Source: an uncultured Candidatus Saccharibacteria bacterium (GTDB lineage Bacteria; Patescibacteriota; Minisyncoccia; Phycocordibacterales; UBA9973). Taken from it: a DNA stretch of 64,000 bases. Positions 10,512 through 19,984 of this stretch are shown piece after piece. The translations under genes and the position numbers were made by a program. The notes under the pieces were generated by a model, which made no database searches, was not told the origin of the DNA, and saw only the letters and a program-made list of their open reading frames with translations. Each line of letters opens with the position of its first letter. Position 1 is the stretch's first letter. Where the stretch lies: contig CAZUZL010000002.1 of NCBI GenBank assembly GCA_964625065.1, forward strand, positions 58,067 to 122,066, given 5' to 3'.

Positions 10512-11270
10512 TTAAGATAGAACAAGCTCACGAGGACCCCGGTCAGAACTCGAATCCGCAACACCAACATTGCCCATATAAAGCCCGGAATTGTTGGAAT
10601 CAAAGCAACCGCCTGCAAGCCGGCCATCCGACCACAGTGAAGTTGTTCGAGTCCAACCCTTAATGTCCATAAAATGATTCTCATTAAATTTCTTAAAACC
10701 AGTCATAAGTAGGTACTCTTTTGCGTTTGCAAAAGGTACGCTTTCCTTAATGAATACATTATAAGATTTACCTAAATGGACAGTGTCTGGCCCATCTCCA
10801 TTTTTATATAAAAAAGGATACGGACCAACAGGTCTGTCTTGTTTGTTTTCAATGTTACCTACAATTGGTTTTTTATACCGGTAAATGTTTGCATCTTCGA
10901 ATTTTGATTCGTAGCATTCCATAATCTGGTCTTCATTAATCTGTATCGGGTTGACCATTAAGGTATCAAACCTCATTTTTTCAGGGTAAACTAGTTCCCA
11001 AATTTCTGGAATTTTAAGATCCAGAATCTCGTTCAGATACTGTTCCAGTTTTGGTAATTGCAACAATACTTTTTCTGTTTGAAATGGTAATTGGAATTCT
11101 TTGGAAATTCTTTGCAGAATTTTTTGAAAATTTTTTTTGTCCCTCATAAGCATTTCTGCTTGTTTCTGAGGCATACAACGAAACGCGCGGCCTACTTGGT
11201 AGGAAATTTCAAGAAGAATTTCTGGGGAAAGTCTTTCTTGTTCATTTGTTTGACTTTTAGTAATAGTCAT
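10512..11270 (-). CDS. Hypothetical protein.
   Basis: 252-aa ORF with no motif I recognise. Adjacent to the IS200/RAYT-like element. Confidence 0.4.
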   Translation of the reverse strand: MTITKSQTNEQERLSPEILLEISYQVGRAFRCMPQKQAEMLMRDKKNFQKILQRISKEFQLPFQTEKVLLQLPKLEQYLNEILDLKIPEIWELVYPEKMRFDTLMVNPIQINEDQIMECYESKFEDANIYRYKKPIVGNIENKQDRPVGPYPFLYKNGDGPDTVHLGKSYNVFIKESVPFANAKEYLLMTGFKKFNENHFMDIKGWTRTTSLWSDGRLAGGCFDSNNSGLYMGNVGVADSSSDRGPRELVLS

Positions 11271-11387
11271 CTTTTTGAATTATTATTAATTAAAGAATTT
11301 TAAATCTTGTTTTATGGTTGTAGCCAAAAGGTACAGATTCCAGAACTTGCGTTTATTATAGAACACACTAAGCATACTCGTCAACAT

Positions 11388-12134
11388 AAAAAACAAGGTC
11401 TTGCCTTGTTTTTTATAATGTGTGGTCTAATAATAACCAATCAAAAATCTCATTTTGAAATACTGATTTATTTTCAAAATAATTCGGGTATGGTTTTGTA
11501 TTAATGACACTACTTTGTATACGATTATTTCCTAAAAAATCTAGGTAACTTGAGTATTCGTAGTTATTTAAATATTTGATGACTGCTTCTTTATCTTGTA
11601 TTCCCTCTTCCTTCCAATTCTTTTGTATTAACTTAACGGGATTTAAGTGTATATATGAAAAAATATATTTTAAATAAGTATCATTATCTATATATTGTGA
11701 CTTGAATTTACCTTCAAACAAACCTCCTGTTCTGTTATATTTTTTATTGTAATACATTACATATGCAGTTGATAATTTTTGCATAAATTTTGAAATTCCA
11801 CCTTCTTCACGTTCTGTAAGCAATAAGTGAAAATGGTTTGGCATTAGACAATACGCACCTATGTCTACCAATAGATCTTTACGTTCTACAGAATACCTAT
11901 CGAAACTTTTAGTTTTTTCTGAAATATATAAATTTAAATTTAAGTTCGTATTACATAAATAAAGCAGACTAATAAAATGCTCGTAGTCAGATTTAGTATG
12001 GAAAATCTTTTGCTTACTATTACCACGATTATAAACATGATAAAATTCACCAGGCATAAAACTAAATTTACGTATTGACATAAAAATATTATACCACAAA
12101 TTTCAAAACAACAAGGCAAGACCTTGTTGTTTTT
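11388..12134 (-). mobile_element. IS200/IS605-family or RAYT-like HUH (Y1) transposase gene flanked by inverted copies of a 19-nt hairpin.
   Basis: The hairpin aacaaggtcttgccttgtt at 11388-11414 is the exact reverse complement of aacaaggcaagaccttgtt at 12105-12134. Confidence 0.6.
11413..12099 (-). CDS. Y1 HUH transposase (IS200-like/RAYT-like).
   Basis: 228 aa with a HUH motif (NHFHLLL) and a downstream Tyr-containing region. TATAAT lies 6 nt before the ATG. Confidence 0.7.
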   Translation of the reverse strand: MWYNIFMSIRKFSFMPGEFYHVYNRGNSKQKIFHTKSDYEHFISLLYLCNTNLNLNLYISEKTKSFDRYSVERKDLLVDIGAYCLMPNHFHLLLTEREEGGISKFMQKLSTAYVMYYNKKYNRTGGLFEGKFKSQYIDNDTYLKYIFSYIHLNPVKLIQKNWKEEGIQDKEAVIKYLNNYEYSSYLDFLGNNRIQSSVINTKPYPNYFENKSVFQNEIFDWLLLDHTL

Positions 12135-12166
12135 GTATCTATTTGACTAAAAGGTTTACGTTGTTT

Positions 12167-12604
12167 CTACCCCTTTTTAACTACAACTAGCACCTTGGTT
12201 TTTACGCCTTCGCCGTGAAGTGGTACAACGTATTCGCCTACTGATTTAATAGGTTCGTCTAGGTCCACCATTGCCTCAGTTATGGCTGCGTGGGTTTTTT
12301 CTTTTAGTGCCATAGCGATATCTTTTTTATGGATAGCAGAAAAAAGATGGCCCATTTCATTTGCTGGTACTGTAAAAAGTATTTCGGGTTTTGCACCAAG
12401 GGCTGCGCGAGTTTGTTCGTGCATGTGTTCTATTTTAGCGGCATGGTCGGCTTGTTTACGTGCAGCGTCGGCAACAACTGATACTGTTGCTGCAACTGCC
12501 AACTTTTTAGGAAATAGAAAGTTACGGGCATAGCCTTCGTTAACTTCTTTTATATCGTTTTTCTGACCAAGGTTTTTTACGTTCTGTAGGAATAATACAA
12601 GCAT
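12167..12604 (-). CDS. rplI: 50S ribosomal protein L9.
   Basis: 145 aa with typical L9 N-terminus MLVLFLQNVKNLGQKNDIKEVNEGYARNFLFPKKLA. Confidence 0.85.
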   Translation of the reverse strand: MLVLFLQNVKNLGQKNDIKEVNEGYARNFLFPKKLAVAATVSVVADAARKQADHAAKIEHMHEQTRAALGAKPEILFTVPANEMGHLFSAIHKKDIAMALKEKTHAAITEAMVDLDEPIKSVGEYVVPLHGEGVKTKVLVVVKKG

Positions 12605-12642
12605 AGGTTTAAGGTTATAGGTTACAGGTTTTAGTAATAAGT

Positions 12643-13857
12643 TTATTTTTTGTTTAGTATTTCGATTGCCTTTTTAAGTTGTACGTCGTTCTTAGGGTTT
12701 TTAGCATCTGGCTTTACAACAACATCAGGTATAATACCGACTTTTGATATAGACGTTCCGTTTGGTGTAAGCCATTTTGCAACTGTAATTTTCAACGATG
12801 TGTCGGCTGTTACTGGCACAAGTTCCTGCACAGAACCTTTACCGAAACTGGTTTCGCCCACTAATGTAGCTACACCGTTTTCTTTTAATGCACCGGCCAA
12901 TATTTCAGACGCAGATGCAGAACCGCCGTTTATAAGGATAACAGTTTTTAGCTTGTTGTCGAATATGTTGTAACCCTGACTGTAGTATACGGTGTCGGGT
13001 TTGCTTTCGCCAAAATGTTCTGAGACAACAACTTTTGATGCTGGTAGGAAGTAACTTGCCATAGATATAGCTGTATCAAGGTAACCACCTGGGTTACCAC
13101 GCAGGTCGATGATAAGTTTATGTGAACCAGATTCTACAAACTGCTGTATGGCCTTTTGGAAACGTGTGCCCGAGTCTGCTGTAAATGTATATAGACGTAT
13201 TACAAATATGCCGTCTTTGCGTAGTTCTGTTTCTAATACAGGTACGTTTATAACTGCACGTGTAAGTGTTACGTCGCGAGGTTTCTTTTCTGCTTCGCGG
13301 TAAATTTGTATTGTAACTTGTGTGCCTTCTTTACCACGGATTTGTGATATAGCCTGGTCTATAGACATACCGTCGGTTTTTGTACCGTTTATTTTTACGA
13401 TTACGTCACCTGGTTTTAGGCCGGCTTTGTATGCAGGCGTGTCTTTTAGTGGGGCTATAACGGTAAGCATACTGTTTTTATTTAAACCTATTTCCATACC
13501 TACACCTGAAAACGAACCTTGTATTTGGTCTTGGAAAGCTTGGTTTTCTTTGGGTGGAAAGAAAACAGTGTATGGGTCGCCCAACGACGAAGCCAGTCCA
13601 GTAATGGCGCCGTATACACGGTCTTGTGATGAAACGTTTTTAGCATCCGGAGATTTTTCGTCTATCATTTTCCAGACTTTCCAGAAAGCCTGCAAGTCGG
13701 CGGTGTCTTCTACACTACCACCGAAAACAGAAGCAACACTGGTAACCTGAACAGAGTTTTTACCAACATAAAAACCACTGCCAAATATAACAAATAGCAA
13801 ACATGCAACTGTTATAAACTGTATTCTTTTTCTAAATGATGTTTTTTGTGGTTCCAT
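12643..13857 (-). CDS. ctpA: Carboxy-terminal processing protease (S41 family) with PDZ domain.
   Basis: 404 aa with an N-terminal TM segment, a PDZ region (GLKPGDVIVKINGT) and an S41 catalytic region (GGSASASEILAGALK). Confidence 0.8.
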   Translation of the reverse strand: MEPQKTSFRKRIQFITVACLLFVIFGSGFYVGKNSVQVTSVASVFGGSVEDTADLQAFWKVWKMIDEKSPDAKNVSSQDRVYGAITGLASSLGDPYTVFFPPKENQAFQDQIQGSFSGVGMEIGLNKNSMLTVIAPLKDTPAYKAGLKPGDVIVKINGTKTDGMSIDQAISQIRGKEGTQVTIQIYREAEKKPRDVTLTRAVINVPVLETELRKDGIFVIRLYTFTADSGTRFQKAIQQFVESGSHKLIIDLRGNPGGYLDTAISMASYFLPASKVVVSEHFGESKPDTVYYSQGYNIFDNKLKTVILINGGSASASEILAGALKENGVATLVGETSFGKGSVQELVPVTADTSLKITVAKWLTPNGTSISKVGIIPDVVVKPDAKNPKNDVQLKKAIEILNKK

Positions 13858-13860
13858 ATT

Positions 13861-14298
13861 TTATGCAATGTCGTTACCCATTATTTTAGTACGGGGTTTA
13901 CGTACGGCACGTGTGCGCACTGGTTCTATGTTTTCTGAATATGTAGGTTGTACTGTTTCTGTATGGGCCACATGGTGTGCAGCACTAGCATGCGAAACAG
14001 TGTTAACTTTTTCTGTGCGGTTTTTTAAATGTTCTATAAAAGGCGAAGGTGCAGATACAGGCATGTCTGCCATAGTTGGTATTGGTTCGGTGTTTTTAAT
14101 TTCAGGTAGTATTTTGGGTAAAGTTTCTGTAATGGGTTCAGTTGGGCCCTTTATGTTTTTCCAGTAACGCCATGCGACTAAACAAATACACAAACCGGTT
14201 ATACCCAGTATCCATGCGCGCCATATAAATGGAAACCCAAGATATGGAAAAACCATAACCCATATACCTAATGCCAACAATGTGTATTCTTTCTTCAT
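13861..14298 (-). CDS. Hypothetical membrane protein.
   Basis: 145 aa with two N-terminal TM helices. Start overlaps the ctpA region, suggesting an operon. Confidence 0.45.
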   Translation of the reverse strand: MKKEYTLLALGIWVMVFPYLGFPFIWRAWILGITGLCICLVAWRYWKNIKGPTEPITETLPKILPEIKNTEPIPTMADMPVSAPSPFIEHLKNRTEKVNTVSHASAAHHVAHTETVQPTYSENIEPVRTRAVRKPRTKIMGNDIA

Positions 14299-14370
14299 GT
14301 ATGTATTATACCCTGCCGTAAAATTTAAACAAATATACTAAATCTAAAATTATATGGTGAAATGTTTAAA

Positions 14371-15057
14371 CTATAGAGGGCGCACAATAACAACGAATTC
14401 GCCTTTTATATAGTCTGGATGTTGTTCATATATTTCTAAAACTTCTGTTGCAGTACCATATATAAAACGTTCATGTATTTTAGTAAGTTCCTTAGCTATA
14501 CATATACCGCGTGCGGGCATGTATTTTTCTATTGATGCAAGAGTTTTAAGTAAACGATGAGGAGATTCGTAAAAAACAATTGTATGTTCTGTAGTTACCA
14601 TTTTATTAAAAATTGTTTCGCGGCCTTTTTTATGTGGTAGAAAACCAAGGTATTCTACATGGGCACTGGGTATACCACTGCCTGATAGTGCCGTGGTCAG
14701 TGCACTGGCCCCTGGTATGGGCACAACAGTGGCGTCGGTATTAGCACGTACCCAAGCCACAAGTTCTACACCTGGGTCTGATATGCCTGGCGTGCCAGCG
14801 TCTGAAATAAACGCTAGGTTTTTACCTTCATCTAACATTGATCCAACTTTAGCATAGGCAGCTTCCTTAGCATGAGCATCAAAGCGCATAAACTGTTTCT
14901 TAGGTATATTATGGTGTGCCAAAAGTTTGCCTGAAACGCGAGTGTCTTCGGCCAGTACTACGTCTACCTCAGAAAATATACGCAGTGCGCGCAGTGTTAT
15001 GTCTTCCATATTGCCTATGGGTGTAGCTACTATATATAGTGTGCCGGTTTGTGTCAT
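14371..15057 (-). CDS. rsmI: 16S rRNA (cytidine1402-2'-O)-methyltransferase.
   Basis: Tetrapyrrole-methylase fold with TLYIVATPIGNMEDITLRAL. I chose the internal Met at 15057 (MTQTGTLYIV) because TATAGT lies 6 nt upstream; the ORF-track start is 15108. Confidence 0.75.
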   Translation of the reverse strand: MTQTGTLYIVATPIGNMEDITLRALRIFSEVDVVLAEDTRVSGKLLAHHNIPKKQFMRFDAHAKEAAYAKVGSMLDEGKNLAFISDAGTPGISDPGVELVAWVRANTDATVVPIPGASALTTALSGSGIPSAHVEYLGFLPHKKGRETIFNKMVTTEHTIVFYESPHRLLKTLASIEKYMPARGICIAKELTKIHERFIYGTATEVLEIYEQHPDYIKGEFVVIVRPL

Positions 15058-15147
15058 ATATGGACTATAGCACAACAAGTTGAATTTATAAAAATAAAAA
15101 AACCACAATACATCTAATATAAATTATATGTATTGTGGTTTAATAAA

Positions 15148-15876
15148 TTAAAGATGCGACACGTCTTTGTTTTCAAAAGACCGCACCATTTTGTTCATCT
15201 TGTGCACAAAACTATTTGTGCCATATAGACCTTCACGCCATTTTATTGAAGGTATTTCTGGAAACAACATGATGTGTTTTAATTGAGAAGTGTTGCCACT
15301 TTTTAGTTGAAAAGGCATTTCCCTTTCAATTTGTTCTTTGTCTAGATAAACAAGGTGTTTGTCGATGCCGTTTACATCTTCTTCAATGGAGGAATTTTTA
15401 AAACCTACCATCCAGTTACAGTAACGACATGCATCGTTAGCAAACTTAAGAAAGCTAGCTTCATTTTTAAAACCAATCAACTGATCTTGTATGTTTTCTT
15501 TTAACGACTGTGTTAGGTGCGACTGGCTAATGTTAGCACTAACACGTATCAATAAAAAGTGCGATGTAGAATCCATAAGGCAATAGTCTGCATCTGCAGA
15601 TTTTTTATTAATGCAAAAGAAAAAGTAAAAGACTTCCCCCTGAGAAGTTTTAACTAAAAACTTCAACAGGTTTTTTCTACTACAGTTTTTAGATCTGCAG
15701 TATTTTATTATATCTTCCTTTTTTATTTCCATAAAAGATCTAGTTATTAAATCTTGTACAGACTTAATAGCATCTGTTTTTCGAGATTCGATAGTGTCGC
15801 CCTTAATAGCCCGTTCTCTTTTCTTGCGGATTTTGGCCGTAAAGCGTTTACTTTGCCTGAATTTCTTTCCTGCCAT
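15148..15876 (-). CDS. Hypothetical protein with a very basic N-terminus.
   Basis: 242-aa ORF with no motif I recognise. Confidence 0.4.
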   Translation of the reverse strand: MAGKKFRQSKRFTAKIRKKRERAIKGDTIESRKTDAIKSVQDLITRSFMEIKKEDIIKYCRSKNCSRKNLLKFLVKTSQGEVFYFFFCINKKSADADYCLMDSTSHFLLIRVSANISQSHLTQSLKENIQDQLIGFKNEASFLKFANDACRYCNWMVGFKNSSIEEDVNGIDKHLVYLDKEQIEREMPFQLKSGNTSQLKHIMLFPEIPSIKWREGLYGTNSFVHKMNKMVRSFENKDVSHL

Positions 15877-15953
15877 GTTTGTTATTTATTTTTAGGTTTA
15901 GATCTGTACCACTGCACAGATATTTAAAAACACTATACCATAGATGTAAAATA

Positions 15954-15990
15954 AAACAAGGTGGTTTATATATACCCCACCTTGTTTTAT
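15954..15990 (-). terminator. Terminator downstream of trhO.
   Basis: aaaacaaggtggtttatatataccccaccttgtttt. Confidence 0.55.
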
Positions 15991-16002
15991 ATTTACGTTA
16001 AT

Positions 16003-16899
16003 TTAAGCTTTTGCTAGTTTTTGTTCAACTGCATTTCTGCATTCTGACGAACAACAAATAAGGTTTTCATCGGTACCTGAACATTCGTCGCAGGCTATGT
16101 AGTGGCGGTGACAACTTGTGTTAACACAGTCACGGTATATTTCAGACGATGCACCACAGTGGTAACATTTACCTATAACAGTGTGGTTTTCTGGACTGTC
16201 GAAATGCATAGTTTTACGTTTGTCGAAAACATATAAAGACCCTTTAAAGTTCTGCCCTGGGAATTGCGCCATGTACGAAACTATACCCCCGTCTAGTTGG
16301 TATACATCTTTGAAGCCTTCTTTCTTTAAAAAACCAGAAGCCTTTTCACAGCGTACACCACCGGTACATACAGTTAATACTGTTTTGTCTTTTAGGTCTT
16401 TTAGTTCGTCTATTTTTTCACGTAAGTCGCGGAAGTTTTTCAAACCTGGAAATATAGTACCGTCGAATTTACCAGACTCTAGTTCGTAGTCGTTACGCAT
16501 ATCGACAATGTAAAAGTCTTTACCTTCCTTATACCATTTATCTAGTTCATGTGGTGGCAGATGTGTACCAGTAAGTACGTTTGGGTTTACGTCGCCTTCT
16601 TCGCCTAGGTGTAATGAAACTATTTCTTTACGGACTTTAACAGACAATTTAGGAAAACAGTCCCCGTTACCTGGACTAAGTTTCCAGTGTACGTGTTTGT
16701 ACATACGTTGAGACTTCATCCATTCTACATATTTTTGTATTGCTTCGGTTGTACCTTCACCTGTACCGTTTATACCTTCCTCGGCAATTATGAAACGCCC
16801 CTTGATACCGAGTATTTCTAAAACAGCACGTTGACGCGCCATTTCTAATTGAGGGTTTTCTATCGGAACGTATTTGTAAAATAAAACTATTGTATGCAT
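16003..16899 (-). CDS. trhO: Rhodanese-domain tRNA uridine(34) hydroxylase (UPF0176/YceA family).
   Basis: 298 aa with N-terminal MHTIVLFYKY, a central rhodanese Cys loop (CTGGVRCE) and a C-terminal Cys cluster. Confidence 0.7.
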   Translation of the reverse strand: MHTIVLFYKYVPIENPQLEMARQRAVLEILGIKGRFIIAEEGINGTGEGTTEAIQKYVEWMKSQRMYKHVHWKLSPGNGDCFPKLSVKVRKEIVSLHLGEEGDVNPNVLTGTHLPPHELDKWYKEGKDFYIVDMRNDYELESGKFDGTIFPGLKNFRDLREKIDELKDLKDKTVLTVCTGGVRCEKASGFLKKEGFKDVYQLDGGIVSYMAQFPGQNFKGSLYVFDKRKTMHFDSPENHTVIGKCYHCGASSEIYRDCVNTSCHRHYIACDECSGTDENLICCSSECRNAVEQKLAKA

Positions 16900-16982
16900 A
16901 AAAAAATTAAATTGATTAAGTTTTGGTCGCGCCGAGTGGATAATTGCGCGACATGATTTTAAACTGAAATCACGTGTCTTAA

Positions 16983-17097
16983 AATCGGACCAAGGGCCTC
17001 CGTCTTATAGCGGCTAGCGAGGAGCGAATAAAAAAGTAATCTTTTTTATATCGTCCGAGCGAAGACGTTATATGTAATCATATCAGGACGGCGTTCT
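16983..17097 (-). pseudogene. Partial tRNA-Ile copy (anticodon arm through T-loop) interrupted by ~75 nt in the anticodon loop.
   Basis: aatcggaccaagggcctccgtcttat at 16983-17008 and atcaggacggcgttct at 17082-17097 duplicate segments of the adjacent tRNA but are separated by unrelated sequence. The D-arm and acceptor are absent. Confidence 0.5.
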
Positions 17098-17117
17098 TAA
17101 ATATATAGACCTTGGTG

Positions 17118-17189
17118 TGCGTGTACTTGGAATCGGACCAAGGGCCTCCGTCTTATCAGGACGGCGTTCTACCACTGAACTATACACGC
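17118..17189 (-). tRNA. tRNA-Ile (anticodon GAU).
   Basis: Hand-folded cloverleaf. Acceptor is GCGTGTA/TACACGC, D-arm GTTC-AGTGGTA-GAAC, anticodon stem CCGTC/GACGG with loop CTGATAA, T-arm CTTGG-TCCGATT-CCAAG. The T-loop has an unusual C at position 55. No encoded CCA. Confidence 0.7.
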
Positions 17190-17282
17190 AATATAGCCTT
17201 TGCACTATAGCAAAAAAAAGTGTTTTTAGCAAATAAATAGCATGGTAAAAACCCTACTGTTGTAGGGTTTTTACCATGCTAT

Positions 17283-18833
17283 TTATTTAGCGCAAAGTTT
17301 TGCATTCATATGGGCTAGAGTTTTTAGGTCTATTTTAGAAGTTTTAACTTCAGCTGAATTTAAACCTATTTCTGTACTGTACATTTTTTTGTAAGCTTTT
17401 ATTGCGTTTAGTGTTCTACTACCTACGAAACCTTGTATGTTTATGTGTGAACCAGTTTCTTGGTTTAGTAGCCACTGTATTGTTTTAACAACTTGTTTTT
17501 TATATAAATCTGTTTTAGTGAAAGCTTTGTAAACTGCAGGGCATGTAGCATTTTTTGTTGGTTTTATAGTAGTGTCATCTGTTTTTACTTTTTCAGCTTC
17601 AACTTTTTTAACTTCTACTGGTGGTATATACGAACCACCGCCACCACCACCACCTGAACTTAATATACCACCACTACTACCCCTAGATATATTACCTAAA
17701 ACTTCTGCTGAATCAGCTGTAAGCAGGTTTTGTTGTGTACCGTTAGCTGGTGTGTATGCTTGTACTATATAGTACGTGTTTGCTGTAACGTTTGGTATTG
17801 TTATTGTTGCACCAGAATTTCTAGCAACTGTACCTTCTAATGTACTGTATGGTCCGCCAGAAGTTGGACTTGAATAAATTTTATACGAACCTACAGATGT
17901 GTATTCAGCGGGTGTCCAACTAACTACCATATCTGTGCCAGAACGTGTTGCAGTTAAACCAGTTGGGGCAATGGTTTGTGTTGCAGACCAGTTTGCAGAA
18001 AACTTTGTGTCTGCAGCTGTGTCCTTCGTTGTAGAACTTGTTTGTAATGAGTTTTCAGCCAATGAACCGGCTGTTAACAAGCCAAACGAACTGAAGTCTG
18101 GTATGTCGCCGGTTAGTGCGTTTTGGTTTGCGTAAAACTCTACCAAACCAGAACTTGCTGACAAAGAAGGTATAGAACCTGTAAGTTGGTTTCTATCAAA
18201 ATATACATATTCTAAAGATGTATTTGTGCTAAGTGAAGGTATAGAACCTGTAAGCTGGTTGTCCCGCACATCAAACAGTGACAGTGATGTGTTTGTAGTA
18301 AGTGCAGGTATAGAACCGGTAAGTTGGTTTGTACCAACGAAAAATTGCGATAAATTTGTATTTGTTGTAAGTGAAGGTATAGAACCTGTAAGTTGGTTGT
18401 TATGTAAATCTAGCAACTGTAGTGCAGTGTTAGATGCCAAAGAAGGTATAGAACCTGAAAGACTGTTACTGTACGCATGAAACTGTGTAAGACTAGTTAA
18501 GTTTGAAATAGAACTAGGTATAGTACCTACAAGGTTGTTACTTGCTAAGCTAATAGTGGCCACATGTGTGCTTGAACGTGTTATACCATGCCATGTGTTT
18601 ATGTCAGAAACAGTGTCCCATGCGGTATGGTCTGTCCATGATGCACCAGCTGTGTCTGTGTACAAATCTTCTAATGCCTGACATTCTGCTTGAGATATGC
18701 CGCCTAGTGTTGTACGGTGTGCACCATTAGTACAGTCAACAGTACTAAATGCAGCATTTGCGTTTTGAATTTTTACTGTAAATAAAACAAAAAATATTAA
18801 AAAAAATGTGGCTGGTATGCGTATATGTTTCAT
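17283..18833 (-). CDS. Secreted multi-domain protein: plant-type leucine-rich repeats, FN3-like domain, poly-Gly linker and C-terminal peptidoglycan-binding-like domain.
   Basis: Signal peptide, then about 8 tandem LRRs (NQLTGSIPSLxTNTxL) encoded by ~66-nt DNA tandem repeats at 18190-18480. GGGGGGGS linker. The C-terminal ~90 aa resemble PG_binding_1 and the C-terminus of the 976-aa protein. Confidence 0.65.
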   Translation of the reverse strand: MKHIRIPATFFLIFFVLFTVKIQNANAAFSTVDCTNGAHRTTLGGISQAECQALEDLYTDTAGASWTDHTAWDTVSDINTWHGITRSSTHVATISLASNNLVGTIPSSISNLTSLTQFHAYSNSLSGSIPSLASNTALQLLDLHNNQLTGSIPSLTTNTNLSQFFVGTNQLTGSIPALTTNTSLSLFDVRDNQLTGSIPSLSTNTSLEYVYFDRNQLTGSIPSLSASSGLVEFYANQNALTGDIPDFSSFGLLTAGSLAENSLQTSSTTKDTAADTKFSANWSATQTIAPTGLTATRSGTDMVVSWTPAEYTSVGSYKIYSSPTSGGPYSTLEGTVARNSGATITIPNVTANTYYIVQAYTPANGTQQNLLTADSAEVLGNISRGSSGGILSSGGGGGGGSYIPPVEVKKVEAEKVKTDDTTIKPTKNATCPAVYKAFTKTDLYKKQVVKTIQWLLNQETGSHINIQGFVGSRTLNAIKAYKKMYSTEIGLNSAEVKTSKIDLKTLAHMNAKLCAK

Positions 18834-18871
18834 ATATACAATAGTACCAAATATGCATGCGGTAGTCTATG

Positions 18872-19846
18872 TTAGTCTTCGGCAGATTCTGTACCCACGA
18901 CACCACTTAGTAGGGCGTCTACTATTTTGTCTATTTTACCAGCCATTATAGTTGGTATGCCAGACCATGACTGGCGTATCCGGTGGTCTGTTATACGGTC
19001 TTGTGGAAAGTTATATGTGCGGATTTTTTCACTTCTGTCCCCTGTACCGATCTGGTTTGCGCGGTTTTCGGCGTATTGTTTATTGTCTTCGGCGTCGCGG
19101 GCTTGTTGGATTTTTGCGGTCAATATTAGCATCGCCTTTTCGCGGTTTGCGAGTTGTGAACGCTCAGATGTAGAACGTACATCCATACCTGTTGGCTTGT
19201 GTATCAGACGAACAGCAGTTTCAACTTTGTTAACATTCTGACCACCAGCACCACCTGAACGTGAATATTCTATTTCAATATCTGCGGGGTTTATTTCTAT
19301 TGTAACTTTTTTACGCATTGGTAAAACTGCAACTGACGCAGTCGATGTATGCACTCGCCCGTTTTTTTCTGTAGCCGGTATGCGTTGCACACGGTGCACG
19401 CCAGTTTCGTAGCGGAAATATTTGTAAACTTCTTTACCTTTTATTTCGTATACGGCTTCTTTGTAGCCACCTACATCGTTTTCACTTATTTCAAGGCGCT
19501 TAACTTGGAAGCCTTTAGATTCTGCATAACCCTGGTACATGTATGCCAGTTCGTATGCAAACAACGAAGCTTCGTCACCACCAACACCAGCACGTATTTC
19601 AAGAATTATTTCATTTGGAAATTCTTCTTCTTTGTTTTCTGCTTCTGTTATAGATTCAAGTTGTTTTTCTAATGCATCTATCTGCATAGTTATTGTGTCT
19701 ATGTCTGCCTGACCAAGTTCTGCCATTGATGGGTCAGCCACGATCATGTCTTTCACCTCTTGTAATTCATTTACAAGACGCTCGTATTCAGATGCGAGGT
19801 AAGATGTTTTATGATTCTTTTTTAATGCTTCTATATCAATAGTCAT
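18872..19846 (-). CDS. prfA: Peptide chain release factor 1.
   Basis: 324 aa with a PAT tripeptide ([10 protein letters not shown]) and GGQ motif ([11 protein letters not shown]). Confidence 0.85.
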   Translation of the reverse strand: MTIDIEALKKNHKTSYLASEYERLVNELQEVKDMIVADPSMAELGQADIDTITMQIDALEKQLESITEAENKEEEFPNEIILEIRAGVGGDEASLFAYELAYMYQGYAESKGFQVKRLEISENDVGGYKEAVYEIKGKEVYKYFRYETGVHRVQRIPATEKNGRVHTSTASVAVLPMRKKVTIEINPADIEIEYSRSGGAGGQNVNKVETAVRLIHKPTGMDVRSTSERSQLANREKAMLILTAKIQQARDAEDNKQYAENRANQIGTGDRSEKIRTYNFPQDRITDHRIRQSWSGIPTIMAGKIDKIVDALLSGVVGTESAED

Positions 19847-19861
19847 ATAATATCATTATAC

Positions 19862-19978
19862 AGAAAATCCCAGATTAGTCCCGGAGAGATGCCTGACGCA
19901 GGCCGACTGGGCCGAGTCGACTAAATTCGCAGCAGCGAATTATAGGTAGCATCTCGATGGGAGCTAATCTGGGATTTA
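19862..19978 (-). other. Structured palindromic intergenic element between rpmE and prfA.
   Basis: The 14-bp termini aaatcccagattag and ctaatctgggattt pair with each other and enclose nested hairpins (gagatgc/gcatctc, aattcgc/gcgaatt, ggcc...ggcc). Confidence 0.4.
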
Positions 19979-19984
19979 CTTAAG

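Noticed and set aside
10418-10684. 88-aa ORF overlapping the 3' end of the 10512-11270 gene.
   Set aside because: It overlaps a longer ORF on the same strand in another frame and gives a hydrophobic, low-complexity translation. It is likely spurious.
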